Assembly (NCBI GenBank): GCA_051277005.1
Contig: JBNMPS010000001.1
Span: 1,337 to 65,336, forward strand
Source: Pseudohongiellaceae bacterium
GTDB lineage: Bacteria > Pseudomonadota > Gammaproteobacteria > Pseudomonadales > Dasaniaceae
Direction: 5' to 3'
DNA length: 64,000 nt
Shown: piece by piece, positions 39,667-47,711 of the stretch
How the letters are laid out: each line of letters begins with the position of its first letter
How positions within the stretch are numbered: the first letter of the stretch is position 1
The notes under the pieces: generated by a model
The model's input: the letters and a program-made list of their open reading frames with translations, nothing else
Told to the model about the DNA's origin: nothing
Databases searched by the model: none
Made by a program: the position numbers and the translations under genes

Positions 39667-40463
39667 TGGTGGCGCCTAAATACGCAATCGAGCACATCTC
39701 AACTGATTCGGCATTAGACTCTATTAATGATAGTGCTTTTGAAAAACTATTCTGTGATGCGTGGAGTTGCGCGGTAGTCATAAAAGAAAATGGGAAAATA
39801 GAGTCGCGTAGTGTCAGTATTAATAAGAAGATCTATTTTGCTAAGCAGTATACCTTTGCAAATGGTTGTGCGCTTTGGCTATATACTAAAAAATGGCACA
39901 AATTTAATCGTATGCTCAGCGCGGCGAAGGTCATGGAGCAAAAATCAGTAGCTGTTCCGACGTTGTTTAGAGTGATTGTTGATCTACAGCAGCGTCGGCT
40001 ATTTAGCCTCAGTGAATTTTCCGCACAAGGCAAAGATTTACGATGTCTTATTGGCGATGACCTTGATAGCGACTTTGCGAAAAATAATCTAACAATAAAA
40101 ATCGCAAAAATGATGGCCTGTCTACATGGTAAAGCGAATGTGGTACATGGAGATTTCAAATGGGCCAATATTCTATATGACAGCCTAACCAGTGAGGTGA
40201 TGTTGGTCGATATTGATGGCGCAAGAGTTGCTAAGCCTGGATCTAAGTTGTTCTTTCGTGATGTGGCACGATTTATAGTCGATTGTGAAGAGGCTGGGCT
40301 GTCGAAGCAATTAATAAAACAAACGCTTGAGTGTTATAGCGAATTTATGAGATTGCCATTAAACCGCGTAATGCAGGAAGTAGAAAAATTCCATATGCGG
40401 TTTAAAAAAAGGCATGAAAAAAGATACGGGAAGAGTTTTCGATTGCTTAACCCTGACAGATAA
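39654..40463 (+). CDS. lipopolysaccharide kinase (Kdo/WaaP/InaA family) paralogue
   Basis: Catalytic-loop-like VVHGDFKWANILY and LVDIDGARV. It overlaps the waaP stop by 13 nt, as do the serial kinases after waaP in Pseudomonas. Confidence 0.72.
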   Translation: MVAVVVAPKYAIEHISTDSALDSINDSAFEKLFCDAWSCAVVIKENGKIESRSVSINKKIYFAKQYTFANGCALWLYTKKWHKFNRMLSAAKVMEQKSVAVPTLFRVIVDLQQRRLFSLSEFSAQGKDLRCLIGDDLDSDFAKNNLTIKIAKMMACLHGKANVVHGDFKWANILYDSLTSEVMLVDIDGARVAKPGSKLFFRDVARFIVDCEEAGLSKQLIKQTLECYSEFMRLPLNRVMQEVEKFHMRFKKRHEKRYGKSFRLLNPDR

Positions 40464-40829
40464 AACAGATTGATAAAAGAGAGTTATACCGTGAAAGACG
40501 CCGACACAGGCCATTTGTTTTTTGTAAAGACCGAACTAGAAAGAGTTGTTGCCAATATGATTGCGACATCTTATGGCAGTGATGCAAAATGTTTTTTATT
40601 CGCGTATAAAAAATCTTGCTAGGCTCTTTTCTTTGGGATGGCTGGCTAGACTCAAAGTGTCTTAACCTAAAAGAAAAAAGATGTTTATTGGCGGGTCAGA
40701 GAATAGTACTTACTCATTTAAAGACAGTTGATGCGGTAGTTAATAAAGCATTGCCAAAATACGAGTTAAATAGAAATACATTTGTCACGGTTAAAAGGCA
40801 GTAATAGTAACTATACAACCAGCTATTTC

Positions 40830-41575
40830 CAGCCTCGAACGTGAGCGTTAATATCATTCCGCATGGTGCATCAAGCTTCTATCGAGGTCAGGTGACGGCT
40901 AAAGATGTGGTTAGAATACGTCGTAAAAACAATCCTCTGATAAGATTAATCTATCCAGAGTTAGAGTGTTTTTCCTTCCAGGGCGAGCGCTATGGCGCTG
41001 ATTAAGAGGTGGTGAAAACCATCTTTACATCCCCAGGGCACAATTTAGATCACCCCAAGGAGAAAGTTATAGACTTGGGGTGTTTTAGCAATAGCGTGCC
41101 CGGCCCCGAGCTCAATGATGATGTGCTTATTGTTGGGCAGCCAGTATTTATGCGCGAGCGGTTAACGCCAAAAAAAGTGGCCGCAATAGATAGTAGAATT
41201 ATAGCGGGGTAGTAGTTTTATCCATGCAGATTTTTCTTTTTTTATTTTTTCAGATAGGCAAACATTACCGGAAAAATAAAAATCAATGCCCGGTATTTTA
41301 TTAAAGCTAATCACGCTGTCGAAGTACTTTTGTTTTTTACAGTTTTCAAGCGCAAGGGCCAATTGCTGCATTTTTTTATGATTAGCCTTGGCGGTAAACG
41401 GGACAACATGGCGGTCAACACCTTGAATAAGTTCCCCTTCATGATCAGAGGTAATCACCTCGACGTGATGGCCTCGTTCAATAAATAACTTGGCAATGTG
41501 TAGTATTTTTTTTGCAGGCCGCCAAAATCAAAATAGCGGTTGATGACAAGGACTATTGATAGAGGTGTAGCGTTG
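40830..41575 (-). pseudogene. decayed GT4 (WaaG-like) glycosyltransferase
   Basis: Minus-strand translation gives ..NRYFDFGGLQKK then, after a frameshift in an A8 run, ILHIAKLFIERGHHVEVITSDHEG..FNKIPGIDFYFSGN (compare WaaG FPYGGLQRDF...FNKMPGLDIYYAAD). It then reaches a premature stop, and a later fragment NKHIIIELGAGHAIAK has further stops. Boundaries are approximate. Confidence 0.45.
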
Positions 41576-41665
41576 GCTTGTGGCTCAGTGAGGTGGGCTA
41601 GGTAATGAATGTATGGGTTAGTGGCTGAATTGTACTCGTCATGCGTTCTTACACAATCGCGCTCT

Positions 41666-42179
41666 TTAGGTGTCGCTTAGTAATAATGTGCAGAGTTGCT
41701 GTTCAGTAAAGGGCGTGTAATCAGGCGAGCCAAGCCTATAAATAGCTTTTTTAAGTGACTTATAGAGCTTGTCTGTTGAGCGATATTTGCGAACGGATGT
41801 GTCCAGCCACCAGATTGTCTCATCAATAATATATATTCTCGAGGTTAATATCGGTGTTAAGTACATTGTTATCTATCATGGTTTTTATGTCGTTAATAAT
41901 TTTGGGTTGTAGTGCTTTAGCTTTTGCGGGTGATGTCAGGCAGAGGCTTTGTAGGGTGTAGCCATGTAGATAATCCATGACAAGGTAGATGGATACGCCC
42001 TGTTTAGTGAGCTCAAAGCCTCCTTCCGAAACGGCAGGGCATTTGATACCTAGTTGGCTGAGTATTTTTTGGCCGCTACTTTCGGTGAAAAATTTATGGG
42101 GCTCTAAAAAGCAGCGTTTAATGAATAGTAAGTAAGAGATGGGTTTATAGGATTTCAAAATAGACTGGTCATTACTCAA
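41666..42179 (-). pseudogene. LPS-kinase-family gene split by a frameshift in an (AT)4 tract
   Basis: ORFs 41823..42179 and 41666..41866 join as ..NNVLNTDINLENIY|IIDETIWWLD.. if one AT unit is added at 41829-41836. The join region occupies the position of the kinase catalytic loop. Confidence 0.55.
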
Positions 42180-42268
42180 TACAATAGAGCGCTTAGTTTA
42201 TGTAACTTCTTGTGTAAAAGTACTGAGGTCAACGGCTGAGCGTTGCTTGAATAATGATATGCGCATTA

Positions 42269-43012
42269 TTAGGTTTGAGATGCCTTGTAGTGGTCAGCGT
42301 GAGGTAATCCTCCATGCTCAAAGCGCCAATAGACTTTATTCATGACTACTTTCTGGAGTTTAGCCTGTTTTTGAGGGGCTATACCCATATCGTTAGCGTA
42401 GGAGCTAAAAAAGACGTCGCGCTCAGCTGCGGAAATATAATTATCGGGGAGCATCATCGCTTGAACTAGATTGCGTTTAAATTCACGTTGTTTACGAAGT
42501 GGTTTACGGGTTCTGTCGTTGTCAATGAGAGCCAGCTTGTTGTAATTATTTGAGTCGGTTATGAAAATGTTGCTGGGGCGGATGTCGCCATGAACGATTC
42601 CGTGATTATGCAATTTTGCTACCAGTCGTCCAATAGACTCAAAAAGCTGTTTTCTATCCTTTTTCAAAAGGTCTGGGGTGCTGTCGAGGTAATCAAAGGC
42701 ACCGGTTCCGGCAACTTTCTCCATGATAATGTAAGCATTGCCGTTACCGCATCCGGTAGAGAGTATTTGAGGAGTAAATACTTGAATGTCGGCTAATAAA
42801 GCCGTGCCCGATAACGCCCGTTTGCTGCGTGTGAGGCCAACTAGCGCTTTGAGGCGCTCTTTTAAAGTGGCGCCAATATAGATTTTCAGGATGCGTGGCT
42901 TTGAGCAGTGCTCAGCAACATAAACCCGGCTGTTGAGTTTTAGTTGTTGCCAATCTGAAGGGTTGATTCCCAAGTCATGGAGCAAAGCTATTGCTTTTGA
43001 AGTGCTGTTCAC
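42269..43012 (-). CDS. lipopolysaccharide kinase (Kdo/WaaP/InaA family)
   Basis: HNHGIVHGDIRPSNIFI and LALIDNDRTRK catalytic/Mg-binding motifs. 247 aa. Confidence 0.75.
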   Translation of the reverse strand: MNSTSKAIALLHDLGINPSDWQQLKLNSRVYVAEHCSKPRILKIYIGATLKERLKALVGLTRSKRALSGTALLADIQVFTPQILSTGCGNGNAYIIMEKVAGTGAFDYLDSTPDLLKKDRKQLFESIGRLVAKLHNHGIVHGDIRPSNIFITDSNNYNKLALIDNDRTRKPLRKQREFKRNLVQAMMLPDNYISAAERDVFFSSYANDMGIAPQKQAKLQKVVMNKVYWRFEHGGLPHADHYKASQT

Positions 43013-43219
43013 AAAAGTCCTTGTTCTGGGTAAATTATTTCCGATGAGTCTTTCCGGTTGAGTGGCATCCGAAAGAGTAGCGGCAGTGTTAATAGATAGC
43101 GAAAAATTATACCGATTGTTGAACGAAGCCGCTATGTAGCAAAGTTAAAAACCCCCGTTATTCAGTAATACTTCCTCTGCGTACTCAACCCCGAGTACGA
43201 CAGCTAGAGGAATTACCCA

Positions 43220-43779
43220 ATGAACAAAGCACAGCAGGCCAGGTTCGACTTACTGTACCAAAAGCATATTAACGCATTACTCCGTCAAGGCAAGGCCGAA
43301 AACGCCATCGGTGCATACTCACGCGCGCTTCGGCGTATCACTGAGTTTTTCGGTCTCTGCCTCGATAAGTTAATCCAAGAGCATCTATTGAACTACATCG
43401 ACTCCCTCATCAAGACCCATTCGTGGAGCACCGTAAAGGTGGGCCGCAGCGGTCTTTAGTTCTTTTTTAAGTACATCCTCAAAAAAACCTGGCAGTGGGT
43501 TGATACTTCCGCGTTCTGCTCACGCCCCTTATCTATCTCCTTGTAGACAATATCGTCAAATCCCCACAACAGAAAAGCCTGCCGGATATCCTTACCCTCA
43601 AAGAAATTGAACGGCCCATTAGTGGTACCTGCGAGCTGCGTTACCAAGCCTTTATTCTGGTGGCCTTCAGCATGGGGCTGCGCATCCATGAAACCTTAAG
43701 TCTCAAAGTAGGCGAGGTCTTCGTTCGGCTTAAAAAACTCACGGCGCTTAAAAACGTCGTGTACCTAAAAACCCCTTGA
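43220..43779 (+). pseudogene. truncated, frame-disrupted tyrosine recombinase (N-terminal SAM-like domain only)
   Basis: ARFDLLYQKHINALLRQGKAENAIGAYSRALRRITEFF..HSWSTVKVGRSGL* then, in other frames, FFFKYILKKTWQWVD and VKSPQQKSLPDILTLKEIE..RYQAFILVAFSMGLRIHETLSLKVGEV. The catalytic R..HxxR..Y domain is absent. From memory it resembles the integrases that accompany IS91-family elements. Confidence 0.65.
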
Positions 43780-43857
43780 TGATTTATTGACTATAAAGAA
43801 CAGTGTGTTGCGGCAAGGCCGGGCTTGCTCAACAAGCAGATAGGTCGCGGCAAGCGC

Positions 43858-43950
43858 GACACATCCTTATTAGTTGGGCGGCCTGGTTTTTATGATAAAA
43901 CTGAAGAAAGTTCAGATGCCATATTACCCGTGTGCAATAATACGCATATA
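43858..43950 (+). repeat. left copy of an imperfect non-coding direct repeat (two conserved blocks)
   Basis: GACACATCCTTATTAGT (43858-43874) and GCCATATTACCCGTGTGCAATAATACGCATATA (43918-43950) recur at 47329-47346 and 47404-47436. The second block is 28/33 identical. Confidence 0.6.
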
Positions 43951-44548
43951 TTATTATATTGGTGGCAGGATAAGAGTTGCGGCGCCTGTAATGGCGGGTC
44001 GCTATTAGTTTTTTGGTCAATATCTTGCTGGTGCAGCTTTCTCCGACGTTAGGCTGTATTGAGCCTTTACCTGAGATAACTATCTTTATAAGTGTCTTGT
44101 TGCCTTTGAAATTGAATTCGATGGGGTTGCTAATTGTCGATGATAATTCTGTGATTGACTGTTGATCTCTTGGGCTTCTTGTTAAAGTGCCCTTTATCGT
44201 CCTTGGTAAGAAATATCTTGATGAATGCTCGTTTGCAGTGTGAGCCGATTAAGCAGGCTTTGGGTGTTGGCTAGACATTGCGAGTCAATAACTCTTTATA
44301 AAAATTTTTGGATGGCTATTGTGGGCCACAAAAATATTGCTGCTAGTCTAAGTAATTGGCCAGTCCTCGGGGAGCTGTCTATTGGCTAGTAGCTTGATCG
44401 CCTCTGCAAGTAGTTTGGGCTGGTTTTAGAGGGTTTGAGCTAATGCTTAATCAATGAGTGGCAGGAAGAAATATTCGTTAGCGGTTTAAATTTCTCAGTT
44501 GTGAAATCGCGGGGGGTGCCAGGAGACATTATGGGAGGTAGTGGCCAG

Positions 44549-45658
44549 ATGAAAGTAGTCAGTGTGTTGCGGGGCGCAGATAGTAGCATTGTCGCCGTGG
44601 GTTGCGTTGTATCAAAATCTTTACAAAAGGCTGGTGCGGTATCTCATGCCTTAGTGTTGAGGGATGACGGTGATGTTGCTAAAATCGCAGACCATTTTAA
44701 CAAGGTAGATAGCTTTGGTTTGCAGCCTAAGTGTTGGAAGGGCTTGCGGTTAAAGTTGTTTATTAGGTTAAAAAAATATTTTTCTAACCATAAAGTTGAT
44801 GCGGTAGTGGTTCATCAATACAAAGAGTTTGTGATGATGTTATTACTACAGCGTTTATTCGCCTTTAAATTGGTTTTGATTTTTCATGGCGAAAGAGATC
44901 TTCGGTCAGTTACTAGGCGGTGGTGGTTATCACATTTGATAAATAAAGATTGCTACTTGGTGGGAGTATCTCAAAGTGTTGGCAATTATATTTCAACCCA
45001 TCTAAATAAAATGCCTGAAAATGATATTGTTGTTGTCAATAACGGGGTAGATTTTAAAGATTTAGAGAGAAATTTTCTTGCGAGGGATGATGCTAGGCAA
45101 GCCCTAAATTTACACTCGCAAGGGATTATTTTTGGAACTATGGGTAGGCTAGCCCACACCAAAGGTATCGATGTTCTAATCATGGCATTTTCTTCGATAG
45201 CAAAAAAAGACAGTTCTATCCAGTTGGCGATTATGGGTGAAGGTGGTAAAAGGCGGGAGCTGGCTGCACTGGTTACACAATTAGGCGTACAGGAACAAGT
45301 CACGTTTTTGGGGAAAATAGAAAAGGGCGCTTATTATCTTAAGGCGTTCGATTATTTTGTTTTCCCCTCTCGTCGTGAAGGCTTTGGTTTGGCGTTGATA
45401 GAGGCTATTGCAGCAAAGCTGCCGGTAATTTTTTCTGACATAGCGGTATTTCAATCCTTAGTCGCCAGGCAGGAGTTGATGGCTTTAGTCGGCGATGAAA
45501 AGTCACTTCAGTTAAAGATGGAGACGGTGTTACTAACATCAGAAAATCATCATGAAATTAGTGCCGAACAATATTGTTATGCCAGAGATAATTTTTCTAT
45601 TGAACATATGGTTCAGGCTTATAAAGAATTTTTCTTAAAGAGTCTGGAGCTTGGTTGA
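44549..45658 (+). CDS. GT4-family glycosyltransferase
   Basis: The C-terminal half has GRLAHTKGIDVLI..., FPSRREGFGLALIEAIAAKLPVI (E-x7-E type motif). The ATG at 44549 (MKVVSVL) is preferred over the GTG at 44501. Confidence 0.8.
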   Translation: MKVVSVLRGADSSIVAVGCVVSKSLQKAGAVSHALVLRDDGDVAKIADHFNKVDSFGLQPKCWKGLRLKLFIRLKKYFSNHKVDAVVVHQYKEFVMMLLLQRLFAFKLVLIFHGERDLRSVTRRWWLSHLINKDCYLVGVSQSVGNYISTHLNKMPENDIVVVNNGVDFKDLERNFLARDDARQALNLHSQGIIFGTMGRLAHTKGIDVLIMAFSSIAKKDSSIQLAIMGEGGKRRELAALVTQLGVQEQVTFLGKIEKGAYYLKAFDYFVFPSRREGFGLALIEAIAAKLPVIFSDIAVFQSLVARQELMALVGDEKSLQLKMETVLLTSENHHEISAEQYCYARDNFSIEHMVQAYKEFFLKSLELG

Positions 45659-45866
45659 GAATGAGCACATGAGTTTAGTGACTATTGTAATCCCCTGCTA
45701 TAACCATCAAGAGTCTGTGGTGGGCGCTGCAGAGAGCGTGCTTGAGCAAGATCATCCGGAGACGCGGAAGCTAACGGTGAGTAAACAGTATGCTGCTGCG
45801 GCAGGTTTTTCGACAGGAAAAACCATAGAGTCCTACAAAAACGATACGTGGAGGTATGTGTCTTAA
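45651..45866 (+). pseudogene. N-terminal fragment of a GT2 glycosyltransferase
   Basis: MSLVTIVIPCYNHQESVVGAAESVLEQDHPE is a canonical GT2 start, but after about 35 residues the sequence loses all GT2 similarity and terminates. waaL begins at its stop. Confidence 0.5.
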
Positions 45867-47068
45867 TGATTGCTGTTAAGGATGGCGTTAGGCATATTGT
45901 AGCCTGTTTTGTTTTTTTTGGTTTACTGGTGTGTTTTTCGTATCCTTCGTTTTTGATACCGGGATCGTCAGTTAAGTTTGCATATTATGCCTTAGTGATA
46001 CTGCCGGGTTTGGTTTTGCTGGGTTTAGATTATCAATGCCTAATAGTAAACGTTAAAAAAAATAAAGGCCTGTATGTATTGTGTCTACTGATGGTGTATT
46101 GGTGCCTAACATTACTATGGGTTGACGACGTGCCAGAAAATTGGGGGGGCAAGTCTAGTCTTATCGGCTCGGAGTTAAGGCGATTACTATCGGTGTTTAT
46201 GTATGTCGTGGTTATTTGGCATGTTGTTACGGTTTATCGGCAGTATGTTGAGCGGTTTCACCGTTTGTTATTGGTTGTTTTTGCTATAGGCATTCTCAAT
46301 TCTTTTTATTCATTATTGGGCATTGATCTTACCGGTGATTTTCGATTGGGGACGGGGAGCGGTTTTAGTCAAGCAATACATGCGGCTCACTACTATGGAT
46401 TTTTCTTTGCCTTGTCGCTAGGCATGATTATTGTGAGCAGGCATCAACCGACAGTCGTTCTGGCGCTTGTTGTGTTTATATTGGCTTTTATAGCGATTAT
46501 TCTGACTAAGTCGAGAGGGGGCTATGTTGCCATAGGGATTACTGTCTTGTCGGCCAGTGCTTATATGGCTGTAATTAGAAAACCTGTCTTAGCGGTAGCG
46601 GTAGCGTTAGCTTTGTTGTTGCTGGGGGGGGCTATGTTTTATCTTTACCCTCAGTTCTTTTTAAATCGAGGGAGTTCTTATCGTTTTGACATATGGCTTG
46701 AAAGCTGGAATATGATTCAGCAGGCTCCTTGGTTTGGTATTGGTTTGGGGGCTCGGCCGCCAGTGTTAGCTCAAGGTTTTGAGCATGCTCATAATCTCTA
46801 TTTATACCAGTGGTTAACGACGGGATTAGTTGGCTTGGTATTGTTTGCTGTATTAGTGCTGGTGGCTATACAGGGCGCAGTAAGCCGGTCTAAGCGGCGG
46901 TCATTGCCCTATATTCTTGCGATGATTTACTTTCTAGCGGCCATGCTGACCGATGTGCAGTATTTAATAAGCTCTCCCAATGAAGCGTGGCTTTGTTTTT
47001 GGTTTTGCTTAGTTTTTTTACTGTCTTTAGAAAAAAAAGACAATGTTGGCCACAAGCCTTTGGGATAA
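45866..47068 (+). CDS. waaL: O-antigen ligase (Wzy_C/WaaL family)
   Basis: About 10-12 TM segments, LTKSRGGYVA, and a periplasmic loop with FEHAHNLYLYQWLTTGLVGL (the H..HN motif of WaaL). Confidence 0.78.
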   Translation: MIAVKDGVRHIVACFVFFGLLVCFSYPSFLIPGSSVKFAYYALVILPGLVLLGLDYQCLIVNVKKNKGLYVLCLLMVYWCLTLLWVDDVPENWGGKSSLIGSELRRLLSVFMYVVVIWHVVTVYRQYVERFHRLLLVVFAIGILNSFYSLLGIDLTGDFRLGTGSGFSQAIHAAHYYGFFFALSLGMIIVSRHQPTVVLALVVFILAFIAIILTKSRGGYVAIGITVLSASAYMAVIRKPVLAVAVALALLLLGGAMFYLYPQFFLNRGSSYRFDIWLESWNMIQQAPWFGIGLGARPPVLAQGFEHAHNLYLYQWLTTGLVGLVLFAVLVLVAIQGAVSRSKRRSLPYILAMIYFLAAMLTDVQYLISSPNEAWLCFWFCLVFLLSLEKKDNVGHKPLG

Positions 47069-47157
47069 ACGCAACGACTGTCTTGCCGGGCTCGACCCGG
47101 TATCCAGATGGGATAAACGCAATAACCGTCATGCCGGGCTCGACCCGGTATCCATAG
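47062..47157 (+). repeat. two 48-bp tandem units, each ending in a REP-like palindrome
   Basis: GGGATAAACGCAA(C/T)(G/A)AC(T/C)GTC(T/A)TGCCGGGCTCGACCCGGTATCCA.. at 47062 and 47110. The first unit contains the waaL stop codon. Confidence 0.85.
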
Positions 47158-47263
47158 GCTCCAACGTTCGTCCGTATGCATCTTAAGTACTGGCCATTAA
47201 AAAATGACTATTTACTCATGCATTATAATGGCGCGTTGAGGATTGTTCGGATATTTCAGTTTT

Positions 47264-47293
47264 CGTGGATACCGGGTCGGGGCCTGGTAAGAC
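47264..47293 (-). repeat. REP-like palindromic element (inverse orientation)
   Basis: CGTGGATACCGGGTCGGGGCCTGGTAAGAC. Confidence 0.55.
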
Positions 47294-47328
47294 ATAAAAT
47301 GAATGTTAACCGGGCAGTTGTGGGAACT

Positions 47329-47436
47329 GCCACATGCCTTACTAGTCTAGATAGACATTGCATCCAGCAGGGGCAGTTGTGATAATGGCTCGTTAGAGCC
47401 GCCGCCATATTTCCGGTGTGTAATAATGCGAATATA
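47329..47436 (+). repeat. right copy of the imperfect non-coding direct repeat
   Basis: GCCACATGCCTTACTAGT and GCCATATTTCCGGTGTGTAATAATGCGAATATA. See 43858-43950. Confidence 0.6.
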
Positions 47437-47578
47437 ACGGCATATCGGGCGTAAATGCTTAAAAAAAACATATCATTGGCTTTATGTTGTATTGATGTTT
47501 TTAGAGTCATGATGGTTTGTACCTAAAATATGTGAGGTTTGAGCCAGTGGGCATGAGAATTATAAATGGGCGCTGGGA

Positions 47579-47695
47579 ATGGGAATTAAACACCTGGCGA
47601 CGTTAGTTGATTTATTGCTTGAAGATGGCGGGCTCCAGCTGAGAAATTTGGAGAAGGCTCAGTCGTTTCACGAGCGGCTAGACGAATATTTTTAA
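47579..47695 (+). CDS. possible 38-aa ORF upstream of gspE (below ORF-track cutoff)
   Basis: Own translation: MGIKHLATLVDLLLEDGGLQLRNLEKAQSFHERLDEYF. It is loosely reminiscent of one MshEN/T2SSE_N helix-pair motif. No clear SD. It may be non-coding. Confidence 0.2.
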   Translation: MGIKHLATLVDLLLEDGGLQLRNLEKAQSFHERLDEYF

Positions 47696-47711
47696 GGAAA
47701 TCATTTTTAGC

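Noticed and set aside
41500-41520. A8 homopolymer in the GT4 remnant as a phase-variation switch
   Set aside because: Restoring the frame at the A-run still leaves a premature stop, an internal deletion and further stops downstream. The gene is decayed rather than switchable.
43858-47436. JUMPStart/ops (RfaH) element within the repeated non-coding blocks
   Set aside because: I searched both copies and the flanks by eye for the ops core GGCGGTAG and found only weak resemblance (GGCGGGTCGC at about 43993). That is insufficient to call.
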